Shown here: one piece after another, positions 45,408 to 54,787 of the stretch
How the letters are laid out: each line of letters starts with the position of its first letter
Numbering within the stretch: the first letter of the stretch is position 1
Assembly: GCF_964263785.1 (NCBI RefSeq)
Contig: NZ_CAXVWL010000124.1
Coordinates: 8,646-72,645, forward strand
DNA: 64,000 bases
Direction of reading: 5' to 3'
DNA from: Sphingomonas sp.
GTDB lineage: Bacteria; Pseudomonadota; Alphaproteobacteria; Sphingomonadales; Sphingomonadaceae
The notes under the pieces: generated by a model
Told to the model about the DNA's origin: nothing
The model's input: the letters and a program-made list of their open reading frames with translations, nothing else
Databases searched by the model: none
Program-made: the position numbers and the translations under genes

Positions 45408-47357
45408 TCAGGTAATAACACGCGCTTGCGCCGCCCCGAACTCCGCAACCTGCGCCTGCCGCTCGCGCTCTTCCAAGACCCAATCGACATTTCGGTCGGC
45501 TGTAAAGCCATGAACAAGTGCGATCAGCGACCGGCGAACGCCCTCGACATCGACCTGATCGAACAGCATGCGCAATGCTTCCAGCTTGGGCATCAGCTGC
45601 TCGGCGGGCAAGAATTGCTCGCTCGCCGCCATGATCCGCGGATGCGCGGTACCACTGGGATTGTCGCCAATCAGCAGCTCCTCGTACAGCTTTTCGCCCG
45701 GGCGAAGGCCCGTGAAGACCAATTCGATATCGCCGTGCGGCCGATACTCGTCGCGCACCGTCAGCCCAGACAGCTCGATCATCCGGGTGGCGAGGTCGAC
45801 GACCTTCACCGGCTCGCCCATGTCGAGCACGAACACTTCGCCGCCTTCCGCCATCGTGCCGGCTTGCAGGACAAGCTGCGCGGCTTCGGGAATCGTCATG
45901 AAATAGCGCACGACCTCCGGATGGGTGATCGTCACCGGGCCGCCGGCGGCAATCTGCTGGCGGAAGAGCGGCACGACCGAGCCGCTCGAGCCTAAGACGT
46001 TGCCGAATCGCACCATCGAGAAGCAGGTCGCCGGTCGCTGCGCCGCCAGCGCCTGGAGCACCATCTCGGCCAGCCGCTTGCTGGCGCCCATGACGTTGGT
46101 CGGACGCACTGCCTTGTCGGTGCTGACCAGGATGAACTTGGCCACACCGTATTCCTGCGCCAGTGACGCGCACACCCAAGTGCCGAGCACGTTGTTGCGC
46201 ACCCCCTCGATCACATTGTGCTCGACCAGTGGCACATGCTTGTAGGCGGCGGCATGGAAGACGATGCTCGGCCGCCAGGTATCCAGAATGCTGCGCATCC
46301 GGATTGCGTCGACCACCGACGCGAGCAGCGGCACGACCTCGATGCCGTGGTCGCGCTGGCTCAGCTCGCGGTGGATGGCGTAAAGCGCATATTCGCTGGC
46401 ATCGACCAACAACAGTCGCGACGGCGCCAGCGCCTCGATCTGTCGGCAAAGTTCGCTGCCGATCGAGCCGCCCGCGCCGGTGACGAGGACGGTCGCGTCG
46501 CGGATGTTGCGTTCGACGACCTCGATCTCCGGCGGCACCGGATCGCGGCCCAGCAGGTCGTCGATTTCCAGCGGGCGCAGGTCGGTGGTAATCACCCGCC
46601 CGTGCGCGATGTCCATCAACCCGGGCAGTGAGCGCACACCGACCTTGGCGGCGCTGATCGTCCGCAAAATTTCCTTGCGCCGTGCGCGGCTGAGCGATGG
46701 GATGGCGAGCAGGACCTCGTCGATCTCGTATCGCTCCACCAGGAGCGACAGGCTGGACGAGGGCCACACTCGAGTGCCGCCGATCGCCTGGCCGTGAAGA
46801 TGCCGATCGTCGTCGACGAAGCCACAGACCCGAAGCGCGGTGCTCTCGCTCAGCGCCGCCGCGAGCTGGCGCCCGGCGGACCCGGCACCGTAGACCAGCA
46901 CATGGTGCCTCGGCCCGCGCGGCCGGCCCAGCTGCCCACCGAGCAGATACCGGATCGACGCGCGCGTGCCACCGACGAAGATCAGCAGCAGCACCGGCTG
47001 GATGATGCCGACGGTGCGCGGTACGCCGGGCACGCCGTAGGCCGTGAAGATCGCGGCGAAGAGGATGCCGTAGATCGCGCTCGCCTGTACGACCGCGATC
47101 AACGCCTGCCAGCTGACAAAGCGAAACACCGCGCGGTACAAGCCGAAGGTCGTGAAAATCGGCAGCGCCAGCAGCAGCGATCCCAAGACCGCCGGCCAGG
47201 CACCCTCCGACAGGCTGAACCACGCGCCGAGCCGGAGGTAATAAGCGATCCAGACCGTCAGCACGCACAGGCTGGCGTCGAAGGCGACCGCGATCGCCTT
47301 CTTGGTCGTCCGCGGCAGCGTAAGCACCGGACGGATGAACCAGGCAGATATTTTCAC
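45408..47357 (-). CDS. Membrane-bound polysaccharide biosynthesis protein CapD/WbpM/PglF type (UDP-GlcNAc 4,6-dehydratase family)
   Basis: An N-terminal TM region is followed by two Rossmann regions (VLVYGAGSAGRQL; VLVTGAGGSIGSELCRQI) and YGASKRLAE. A GTG at 47357 with a GGAGAAG Shine-Dalgarno sequence is preferred. The track start at 47447 (GTG) has no Shine-Dalgarno sequence. Confidence 0.85.
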   Translation of the reverse strand: MKISAWFIRPVLTLPRTTKKAIAVAFDASLCVLTVWIAYYLRLGAWFSLSEGAWPAVLGSLLLALPIFTTFGLYRAVFRFVSWQALIAVVQASAIYGILFAAIFTAYGVPGVPRTVGIIQPVLLLIFVGGTRASIRYLLGGQLGRPRGPRHHVLVYGAGSAGRQLAAALSESTALRVCGFVDDDRHLHGQAIGGTRVWPSSSLSLLVERYEIDEVLLAIPSLSRARRKEILRTISAAKVGVRSLPGLMDIAHGRVITTDLRPLEIDDLLGRDPVPPEIEVVERNIRDATVLVTGAGGSIGSELCRQIEALAPSRLLLVDASEYALYAIHRELSQRDHGIEVVPLLASVVDAIRMRSILDTWRPSIVFHAAAYKHVPLVEHNVIEGVRNNVLGTWVCASLAQEYGVAKFILVSTDKAVRPTNVMGASKRLAEMVLQALAAQRPATCFSMVRFGNVLGSSGSVVPLFRQQIAAGGPVTITHPEVVRYFMTIPEAAQLVLQAGTMAEGGEVFVLDMGEPVKVVDLATRMIELSGLTVRDEYRPHGDIELVFTGLRPGEKLYEELLIGDNPSGTAHPRIMAASEQFLPAEQLMPKLEALRMLFDQVDVEGVRRSLIALVHGFTADRNVDWVLEERERQAQVAEFGAAQARVIT

Positions 47358-47547
47358 CGACTTCTCCGTACCTTCTCGCAGGCGTATGCCCCGATCGCGG
47401 CGCGCCCATCCTTTGCCCCACACCTTCGCCTTTTGCCACCGACTCACGACGTGGATCCGGCACCGGGGCCGATGTTTGACCGGAACGGAGGAATGACCGC
47501 ACCTTGATCGGCTCCGGCGGGACCGCTAGAGCCCGGCACCTAGGGTA

Positions 47548-47564
47548 GGAGACGCATCGTCTCC
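47548..47564. promoter_or_regulatory. Perfect palindrome GGAGACG-CAT-CGTCTCC in the capD/fnlA divergent spacer
   Basis: Read directly from the sequence. It lies 50 nt upstream of the fnlA ATG. Confidence 0.25.
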
Positions 47565-47613
47565 GCGCGCCATATCCCGCGATATCGCCACCAGCAAAGG
47601 CCGGCCGTCACCC

Positions 47614-48654
47614 ATGTTCGAAAACAAGGTTCTGCTCATCACCGGCGGCACGGGGTCGTTCGGCTCGACTGTGCTCCGGCGCCTGATCAAGGAGCCGTTC
47701 GGCGAAATCCGCATCTTCAGCCGCGACGAGAAGAAGCAGGAGGACCAGCGCCACAGCTTCGGCGAGAAGCGGCTGCGCTATCATATCGGCGATGTCCGCG
47801 ACTATCGCGCGATCGCCAACGCTACCCGCGGAGTCGACTACATCTTCCACGCCGCCGCGCTGAAGCAGGTGCCGTCGTGCGAGTTCCACCCGATGGAGGC
47901 GGTGAAGACTAACATCGTCGGCACCGACAACGTGCTGGAGGCCGCACTCGCCAACGAGGTGGAGCGCGTCATCTGCCTCTCGACCGACAAGGCGGTGTAT
48001 CCGATCAACGCGATGGGCATCTCCAAGGCGCTGATGGAAAAGGTGTTCATTGCCAAGTCGCGAATGGCGCTTGGCAGCCGCACGACCATCACCGGCACCC
48101 GCTACGGCAATGTGCTCGCCTCTCGCGGGTCGGTCGTGCCGCTGTTCGTCGAGCAGATCCGTGAAAGTCGGCCGATCACCGTCACCGACCCCGACATGAC
48201 CCGCTTCGTCATGTCGCTGCCCGAGGCGGTGGACCTCGTCATCCACGCCTTCCTCCACGGTGAAAACGGCGACCTCTTCGTCCAGAAGGCGCCCGCCGCC
48301 ACCGTACAGACGCTCGCGCAAGCGGTGTGCGACGTGATGGGCACGCCCGATCATCCGGTCCGGGTGATCGGCACGCGGCATGGCGAGAAGCTGTACGAAA
48401 CGCTGCTGAGCCGCGAAGAAATGACCATCGCCGAGGATCAGGGGCTCTATTACCGCGTGCCCCCGGATAACCGCGATCTCAATTACTCGGTCTTCGTCGA
48501 CAAGGGCGATCGCGAGATCGCCGAACATGAGGATTTCAACTCGCACAACACGCGGCGGCTGGATCGCGCCGAGATGGTCGAGACGCTGAACCGGCTCGAT
48601 TATATCGCCAAGGTCCGCGCCACCCCGACCGGCGCGCTGCCGGAGGGCGATTGA
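47614..48654 (+). CDS. fnlA: UDP-GlcNAc 4,6-dehydratase/5-epimerase (FnlA/CapE/WbjB type)
   Basis: 346 aa starting MFENKVLLITGGTGSFGSTVLRRL..IRIFSRDEKKQ, with ..AAALKQVPSCEFHPMEAVKTNIVGT.. and LSTDKAVYPINAMGISKALMEK. It closely matches the CapE/FnlA pattern. Confidence 0.88.
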   Translation: MFENKVLLITGGTGSFGSTVLRRLIKEPFGEIRIFSRDEKKQEDQRHSFGEKRLRYHIGDVRDYRAIANATRGVDYIFHAAALKQVPSCEFHPMEAVKTNIVGTDNVLEAALANEVERVICLSTDKAVYPINAMGISKALMEKVFIAKSRMALGSRTTITGTRYGNVLASRGSVVPLFVEQIRESRPITVTDPDMTRFVMSLPEAVDLVIHAFLHGENGDLFVQKAPAATVQTLAQAVCDVMGTPDHPVRVIGTRHGEKLYETLLSREEMTIAEDQGLYYRVPPDNRDLNYSVFVDKGDREIAEHEDFNSHNTRRLDRAEMVETLNRLDYIAKVRATPTGALPEGD

Positions 48655-49760
48655 TGACCCGGCGCCTTGTCGTCACCGGTGCCGACGGCTTCGTTGGGCG
48701 CAACCTGATGCTGCGGTTGGCGGAGCTCGACCGGTTCTCGGGCGTGCCGCTGGTTCGCGCGTCGGACGCCGGCGAATGGCGTGACGCGGTAGCAAGCGCC
48801 GACGCGGTGATCCACCTGGCGGGGGTCAATCGCCCGTCCGACCCCGCTGCGTTCGCTGGCAACGCTGATGCCGCCGCCCTGCTCGCCGATGCCGTCACTG
48901 CCGCGGACCGGCCGGTGCCGATCCTCTATGCTTCGTCGGCCAAGGCGATCGACGACACGCCGTATGGCCGCAGCAAGAAATCCGGCGAGGACCGGCTGCT
49001 AGCTTTGGCCGAACAAACCGGCGCGCCGGTCGCGATCTATCGCTTGCCCAACGTCTTCGGCAAATGGTGCCGCCCAGATTACAATTCGGCGGTAGCGACC
49101 TTCTGCCACAACATAGCGCGCGATCTGCCGATACGGATCGACGATCCGGCGACGCCGCTCACCCTCGTCTATGTCGACGACGTGATCGACGCGTGGATCG
49201 CAGCGATCGATGGCGGCTTCGTAACCGGCTTCCACGACATCGCGCCGGTCTACCGGAGTAGCGTCGGCGCCGTGGCCGAGACACTGCGCGGCTTTCGCGA
49301 CGGGCGCGCCGACAATCTGATCGACGACGTCGGCACGGGCCTCACCCGCGCGCTCTATGCAACCTACGTTTCCTACCTGCCGCCAGCCGACTTCAGCTAC
49401 CCGATCGTCAGCCACCGCGATCCGCGCGGCGCGTTCTCGGAAATGCTCAAGACCCGCTCGGCCGGGCAATTCTCCTATTTCACCGCGCTTCCCGGCATCA
49501 CGCGAGGCGGGCATTACCATCACACCAAGACAGAAAAGTTCCTGATCGTCCACGGCCAGGCGCTGTTCCGCTTCCGTCATATGCTGACCGGCGAGACCCA
49601 CGAAATCCGCACCAGCGGCGATACCCCCGAGATCGTCGAAACGATCCCGGGTTGGGCGCATGACGTCACCAATGTCGGCGATTCGGACATGGTCTCACTG
49701 CTCTGGGCCAACGAAGTGTTCGACCGCGCGCGGCCCGACACGGTCGTCGCTCCCCTCTAA
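48654..49760 (+). CDS. fnlB: FnlB/CapF/WbjC-type reductase (SDR N-domain plus cupin C-domain)
   Basis: 368 aa from ATG 48654 (TGATG overlap with fnlA). It has the Rossmann motif VVTGADGFVGRNL and the C-terminal cupin RGGHYHHTKTEKFLIVHGQ. Confidence 0.83.
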   Translation: MTRRLVVTGADGFVGRNLMLRLAELDRFSGVPLVRASDAGEWRDAVASADAVIHLAGVNRPSDPAAFAGNADAAALLADAVTAADRPVPILYASSAKAIDDTPYGRSKKSGEDRLLALAEQTGAPVAIYRLPNVFGKWCRPDYNSAVATFCHNIARDLPIRIDDPATPLTLVYVDDVIDAWIAAIDGGFVTGFHDIAPVYRSSVGAVAETLRGFRDGRADNLIDDVGTGLTRALYATYVSYLPPADFSYPIVSHRDPRGAFSEMLKTRSAGQFSYFTALPGITRGGHYHHTKTEKFLIVHGQALFRFRHMLTGETHEIRTSGDTPEIVETIPGWAHDVTNVGDSDMVSLLWANEVFDRARPDTVVAPL

Positions 49761-49774
49761 AGGCCGACCCCCCC

Positions 49775-50896
49775 ATGAAAGTCATGACCGTCGTCGGAAC
49801 CCGGCCCGAGATCATCCGGCTGTCGCGGGTGATGGCGAAGCTCGACGCGTACGTCGACCACGTGATCGTCCACACCGGCCAAAATTACGATTACGAGCTG
49901 AACCAGGTGTTCTTCGACGACCTCGGCCTGCGCAAGCCCGACCATTTCCTCGAGGTCGCGGGCGGGACTGCCGCAGAGACGATCGGTCGCGTCATCATCG
50001 CGGTCGATGCGGTGCTCGAGGTCGAGCGGCCCGATGCGATGCTGATCCTGGGCGACACCAACAGCTGCCTGGCGGTGATCCCCGCCAAGCGCCGTCGCAT
50101 CCCCGTCTTCCACATGGAGGCGGGCAATCGCTGCTTCGACGACCGGGTGCCCGAGGAGATCAACCGCCGCATCGTCGATCACACCGCCGACATCAACCTG
50201 CCCTATTCCACCATAGCGCGCGATTACCTCATCGCCGAGGGGCTGCCGCCCGACCGGATCGTCAAGACCGGCAGTCCGATGTTCGAAATCCTGACGCATT
50301 ACCGCGCCGCCATCGACGCGTCGCCGATCCATGCGACGCTTGGCGTGACCCCGGGCGAGTATTTCGTGGTCAGCGCACACCGCGAAGAGAACGTCGATTC
50401 CGAACGCCAGCTTCGCCGCCTGCACGAGACGCTGAACGCGGTCGCGGCGAAATACCGCCTACCGATCCTGGTCAGCACCCATCCGCGCACCCGCAAGCGG
50501 ATCGAACAGTTCGGCCTCATCTTCGGGCCCGAGGTGCAACTGCTCAAACCGTTCGGCTTTCTCGATTACAACGCGCTTCAGTTGCAGGCGCGGGCGGTGC
50601 TGTCCGACAGCGGCACGATCAGCGAGGAATCCTCGATCCTGAACTTTCCGGCACTCAACATCCGCGAGGGCCACGAGCGTCCCGAGGCGATGGAGGAAGC
50701 GTCGGTGATGATGACCGGACTGCGCAAGGACCGCATCCTCGCCGCGCTCGCGGTGCTGGAAACGCAACCGCGGGGCACCGAACGGCTGCTGCGGGTACCC
50801 GCCGATTACGCGGTGCCCAACGTTTCGGACAAGGTCGTGCGGCTGATCCTCAGCTACACCGATTACGTGGCACGCACGGTGTGGAAAGACTATTGA
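49775..50896 (+). CDS. fnlC: UDP-2-acetamido-2,6-dideoxy-L-talose 2-epimerase (FnlC/CapG/WbjD type)
   Basis: 373 aa starting MKVMTVVGTRPEIIRLSRVMAKLDAYVDHVIVHTGQNYDYELNQVFFDDLGLRKPDHFL. Confidence 0.88.
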   Translation: MKVMTVVGTRPEIIRLSRVMAKLDAYVDHVIVHTGQNYDYELNQVFFDDLGLRKPDHFLEVAGGTAAETIGRVIIAVDAVLEVERPDAMLILGDTNSCLAVIPAKRRRIPVFHMEAGNRCFDDRVPEEINRRIVDHTADINLPYSTIARDYLIAEGLPPDRIVKTGSPMFEILTHYRAAIDASPIHATLGVTPGEYFVVSAHREENVDSERQLRRLHETLNAVAAKYRLPILVSTHPRTRKRIEQFGLIFGPEVQLLKPFGFLDYNALQLQARAVLSDSGTISEESSILNFPALNIREGHERPEAMEEASVMMTGLRKDRILAALAVLETQPRGTERLLRVPADYAVPNVSDKVVRLILSYTDYVARTVWKDY

Positions 50897-52122
50897 CCGC
50901 CCCGAGCCACCGCCCGCGCATCCTCTATCTGACGCAGTTCTTCGAACCCGAAGGCGTGTTCAAGGGGCTGGAATTTGCCAAAGCGCTGCGCGAACGCGGC
51001 TTCGACGTCGAGGTCGCGACGGGTATTCCCAATTATCCGTTCGGCAAGATACTGCCCGGCTACACACTGCGACCGTACCGGCGCGAGACGATGGACGGGA
51101 TCGTCGTCCACCGCCTGCTGCTCTACCCGAGCCACGATGCATCGACGGTGCGGCGTTCGCTCAATTATCTGTCTTTCTGCGCATCGGCCTTTCTCTTCTG
51201 CCTGCTGCGGGGACGACAGTACGATGCGATTTACGTCTACCATCCGCCGATGACCGTGGGCTTCGCCGCCGCGCTCGCGGGCGTCGCCACGCGGACGCCG
51301 TTCATTGTCGACACTCAGGATCTCTGGCCTGATTCGGTCACCGCATCGGGCATGTCGCACGGCTGGATCGACCGTGGCCTGTCGGCGATGTGCAACTTCG
51401 TCTATCGTCGAGCCGCTCGCGTTGTCGCCCAATGTGCGGGCATGGGCGCCAAACTGGCCGAGCGCGGTGCGGGCACCGCCAAGGTGCGGACGATCTACAA
51501 TTGGGCAGACGAGCGCGCGATCCTGTCGCAGGGTAAGCTCGATCTCGCGCCGTTCGGGTTCGATGGTCGGTTCACCTTCCTCTACGGCGGAAATTTCGGG
51601 CCGCACCAGGCGCTGACGACGGTGGTCGACGCCGCAGTGAAGGCAGCGGCGCAGGAACCGGCAATCCAGGTACTCCTTGTCGGCGGCGGGCTCGACGAAC
51701 CGCGGATCGCCGCACGCATCGCCGAGCATGCTACGCAGGCGGTACGCATCGTTCCCGGCGTGCCGCAGGTGCAGGTCGCCGACGTGTTCGCGGCCGCCGA
51801 CGTCCTGCTCGTTCATCTCGCCGACTTGAACTTCTTCGAATTCACCGTGCCCTCGAAAACCCAATTCTATCTGGCGTCGGGCAAGCCGATCCTGGGCGGG
51901 CTCGTCGGCGAGGCCGCGGCCTTGATCGAGCGGGCTGGCGCGGGCCGCACGGTGCCGCCCGAGAATCCAGACGCCCTTGCCGCAGCGATGGTGGCGCTCG
52001 CCCGCGCCGACCCCGCCGAGCTTCGCGCAATGGGCGAGCGCGGCGCGCGCTTCTACCGCGAAAGGCTGTCGTTCGCGCGCGCGATGGACGATACCGCGGC
52101 GGCGATCCGCGAGATCGCCTGA
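50893..52122 (+). CDS. Glycosyltransferase family 4, WbuB-like (candidate L-FucNAc transferase)
   Basis: 409 aa from TTG 50893, which overlaps the fnlC stop (LTAPSHRPRILYLTQFFEPEG...). It occupies the typical WbuB position after fnlC. The remainder of track ORF 49660..52122 is out-of-frame overlap with fnlC. Confidence 0.8.
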   Translation: MTAPSHRPRILYLTQFFEPEGVFKGLEFAKALRERGFDVEVATGIPNYPFGKILPGYTLRPYRRETMDGIVVHRLLLYPSHDASTVRRSLNYLSFCASAFLFCLLRGRQYDAIYVYHPPMTVGFAAALAGVATRTPFIVDTQDLWPDSVTASGMSHGWIDRGLSAMCNFVYRRAARVVAQCAGMGAKLAERGAGTAKVRTIYNWADERAILSQGKLDLAPFGFDGRFTFLYGGNFGPHQALTTVVDAAVKAAAQEPAIQVLLVGGGLDEPRIAARIAEHATQAVRIVPGVPQVQVADVFAAADVLLVHLADLNFFEFTVPSKTQFYLASGKPILGGLVGEAAALIERAGAGRTVPPENPDALAAAMVALARADPAELRAMGERGARFYRERLSFARAMDDTAAAIREIA

Positions 52123-52132
52123 GCCTCGCCCG

Positions 52133-52151
52133 TCGCTCGCCACGCGAGCGA
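52133..52151. terminator. Short hairpin between the convergent GT4 and rfbH genes
   Basis: TCGCTCGC-CAC-GCGAGCGA: a perfect 8-bp stem with no T-tract. Confidence 0.35.
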
Positions 52152-52163
52152 TGGGGTGTGACC

Positions 52164-53513
52164 TTATTCCGCCGCCATTGTCGGCAACGCCACCGACTCG
52201 CCGAGCAACTCCTCGGTCACCGCGAGCAGAGTATCGGCCATATAGTCGAGCCGGGCGGCGTCGAGCCCCGGCCAGACACCGACCCAGAAGCTGTCGTTCA
52301 TCACCTTGTCGGTGTTGGTCAGCGTGCCGTGAATGCGGTAGTTCACGTCGCGGAACGCAGGCTGCTTGGTCAGATTGCCCGCGAACAGCAGCCGCGTACC
52401 GACCTTGCGCTCCTCCAGCGTGCGGCACAGCACGTTGCGGTCGATCCCCGCCCCGTCGCGCACCGTCAGCAGATAGCCGAACCAGCTCGGCTCGGTCCCC
52501 GGCGTCGGCACCGGCAGGTGATAGAAACGGTCGAGCCCGCGCGCCTTGAACCGGGCGGTCAGCGCGTCGAAATTCTCGCGTCGTCGCGCGATGAAGCGGT
52601 CGATCTTCTTCAGCTGGCTGACGCCGACCGCGGCCTGCATGTCGCTGACCTTCAGATTGTAGCCGACGTGGCTGTAGGTGTATTTGTGATCGTACCCCTT
52701 GGGCAGCTCGCCCAGGCGCCAGCCCCAGCGCTTGTTGCACGTGTTGTCCATGCCAGGCTTGCAATAGCAATCCCGGCCCCAGTCACGGAACGACTCGGCG
52801 ATCTTGGCGAGCAAGGGGCTGTTCATCAGCACCGCCCCGCCCTCACCCATCGTGATGTGGTGCGCAGGATAGAAACTCAGCGTGGCGACGTCCCCGAAGG
52901 TGCCGACACCCTGGCCGTTGACCGTTGCGCCGAACGCGTCGCAGCAATCCTCGATCAGGTAGAAACCGCGCGCCTTGCACAGCTTGGCCACGCGCGCGAC
53001 ATCGAACGGATTGCCGAGCGAGTGCGCGATCATCACCGCGCGCGTCTTGTCGGTGATCGCGGCCTCGAGCAGGTCGACATCGACGTTGTGCGTATCGATG
53101 TCGACGTCAACGAAGACCGGGATGCACCCGTATTGAACGATCGGCGCGACCGTGGTCGGGAAACCGGCGGCGACGGTGATCACCTCGTCACCGGGCTTCA
53201 GCGCCTTGCTGCCGAGCTTCCACGACGTCAGGCAGGCGAAGGCGAGCAAATTCGCGGCCGATCCCGAGACGGTCAGCTTGCAATGCTTGCGCCCGAACTT
53301 GACCGCCAGCTCCTCCTCGAACTGGTCGGCGAAGCGCCCCGCGGTCAGCCACATGTCGAGCGATGCGTCGATCAGGCTGGCGCAATCGTCGGCGTCCAAC
53401 ACCTTGCCCGACGGCGGGATATAGGTCTCGCCGGGCACGAACACCGGCTGCGGTCGCGAATCGAAATGCTCGCGCGCGAGCCGGATGATCTCGGAACGCT
53501 TTTCGTCTGACAT
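52164..53513 (-). CDS. rfbH: CDP-4-keto-6-deoxy-D-glucose 3-dehydrase (E1; RfbH/DdhC/AscC type)
   Basis: 449 aa from ATG 53513. It has a DegT/DnrJ fold, but SFYPAHHITMGEGG carries His where aminotransferases carry the PLP lysine. A Cys-rich WGRDCYCKPGMDNTC segment is also present. Confidence 0.85.
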   Translation of the reverse strand: MSDEKRSEIIRLAREHFDSRPQPVFVPGETYIPPSGKVLDADDCASLIDASLDMWLTAGRFADQFEEELAVKFGRKHCKLTVSGSAANLLAFACLTSWKLGSKALKPGDEVITVAAGFPTTVAPIVQYGCIPVFVDVDIDTHNVDVDLLEAAITDKTRAVMIAHSLGNPFDVARVAKLCKARGFYLIEDCCDAFGATVNGQGVGTFGDVATLSFYPAHHITMGEGGAVLMNSPLLAKIAESFRDWGRDCYCKPGMDNTCNKRWGWRLGELPKGYDHKYTYSHVGYNLKVSDMQAAVGVSQLKKIDRFIARRRENFDALTARFKARGLDRFYHLPVPTPGTEPSWFGYLLTVRDGAGIDRNVLCRTLEERKVGTRLLFAGNLTKQPAFRDVNYRIHGTLTNTDKVMNDSFWVGVWPGLDAARLDYMADTLLAVTEELLGESVALPTMAAE

Positions 53514-53627
53514 GTACCCGTCCAATGTGATGGAGACCGGCGCCGGCCGGATCAAGGCTGCGCTCATAGATGGCGCGGCGCGCGCCACAAACCTGTTTTT
53601 GCTGGAGATCGCGCAAGAGCGTCCGGG

Positions 53628-54713
53628 CTAATAGCCGCGCAGCGCCATACGGACGACCCAGAGGAGGTAGGGCCGGTGCCGCGGCACATGGATGCCGAGC
53701 ATCGCCTCCAGCTCCTGCGTCGAAAGGTCGACGCCCCAGAGATCGCGATATTCGCGCTGATAACGCGCGACGACCAGCGGCGCGAACCGCAGCCACCACG
53801 CAGGCAGGTCGCGCCCCGCCATGATCCGTTGCAGCTGGTGGATCCAGGTGATGGCCCCGCGGCAGGTGTCCGGTTTGGCGGACTCATTCTCCGCGATGCG
53901 ATAGACCGCGGCAGGGGCGCGATGCTGGCGCAACCGGTACAGCCGAGCAAACCGAGCGAAGAAGAACAGGTCGGACGCCGGGAACTCCTCGGCGTAGAAG
54001 CCGCCGATCTCGAGCGCCGCCTGCTTGCGGAAGATGAATCCGCTCGTGTTGCCGAGTATCGGTCCCCAGAACATCTTGGAGGGTGCGATCCGGCGCGAGG
54101 TTCGGCCGAGGAAGCTGTACTCCAGGACCAGGCGCGACACCGCGCGGACGATCACCTCGCGCCGGGCCGCCGAACTCTTGAACACGCGCTGCAAGGCGGA
54201 GCGCGTCGTCACCGTTCCCGGTGGCCAGCTGCGGTATGCTACCCCCGGCATGGTCGTCAGCGCGGTCTGTCGCTGGTTCATGAACGCCTTGCGCGACACT
54301 ACGCCGTCGGTGGCCGGGTGGGCGTCGATCACCGAGAAAATGAGTGTAAGGAAATCGTCCGACAACAGGTCGTCGTCGTGCAGGATGGTCATCCATTCCG
54401 CCCGCGCGAGCTCGATGCAACGGTTGAAGTTGCCGAACATGCCCAGATTCTGATCGTTGCGGTAGTATCGGAAATTGCGACCGGACAGCGCTGGATAGGC
54501 GGCAAGCACGCGCTCATGCCCGTCGGATTCGGGATCGTTGTCGACGATGACGATCTCGTAAGGTCGATCGAACACCTGCCCGATCGTGCCCGCGATCGCC
54601 TCCAGCAGGAAGTCGATCCGCTTGTACGTCATGATGACGATGCTGGCGACCGGCGGCGAATGGTCCGCACCCTCTGCCATCAGCGACGATCCAACGGCAG
54701 CCCATTCGTCCAT
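53628..54713 (-). CDS. Glycosyltransferase family 2
   Basis: 361 aa from ATG 54713 (alternative ATG at 54680). Contains SIVIMTYKRIDFLLEAI...IVIVDNDP...ILHDDD. The upstream part of track ORF 53628..55739 is out of frame over the reductase gene. Confidence 0.8.
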   Translation of the reverse strand: MDEWAAVGSSLMAEGADHSPPVASIVIMTYKRIDFLLEAIAGTIGQVFDRPYEIVIVDNDPESDGHERVLAAYPALSGRNFRYYRNDQNLGMFGNFNRCIELARAEWMTILHDDDLLSDDFLTLIFSVIDAHPATDGVVSRKAFMNQRQTALTTMPGVAYRSWPPGTVTTRSALQRVFKSSAARREVIVRAVSRLVLEYSFLGRTSRRIAPSKMFWGPILGNTSGFIFRKQAALEIGGFYAEEFPASDLFFFARFARLYRLRQHRAPAAVYRIAENESAKPDTCRGAITWIHQLQRIMAGRDLPAWWLRFAPLVVARYQREYRDLWGVDLSTQELEAMLGIHVPRHRPYLLWVVRMALRGY

Positions 54714-54787
54714 CGCGTTGCGATAGGTGAAGTCCTCCGGGGAGGAAGACGGCCTTGCGCCTTTTCGGGCCTGGTCTGGTGACACGA

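Noticed and set aside
45391-47502. 703-aa minus-strand ORF overlapping the capD-like gene
   Set aside because: It is an alternative frame of the same strand. Only the 45408.. frame contains the Rossmann and YxxxK motifs.
47516-47529. GGCGGGACCGCTAG resembling the ops/JUMPstart element (GGCGGTAG) of polysaccharide operons
   Set aside because: It is not a match to the 8-mer unless 6 nt are deleted, and I could not recognise the accompanying JUMPstart context.
49660-52122. 820-aa plus-strand ORF
   Set aside because: The first half is an out-of-frame reading through fnlC. The genuine GT4 gene starts at TTG 50893, overlapping the fnlC stop.
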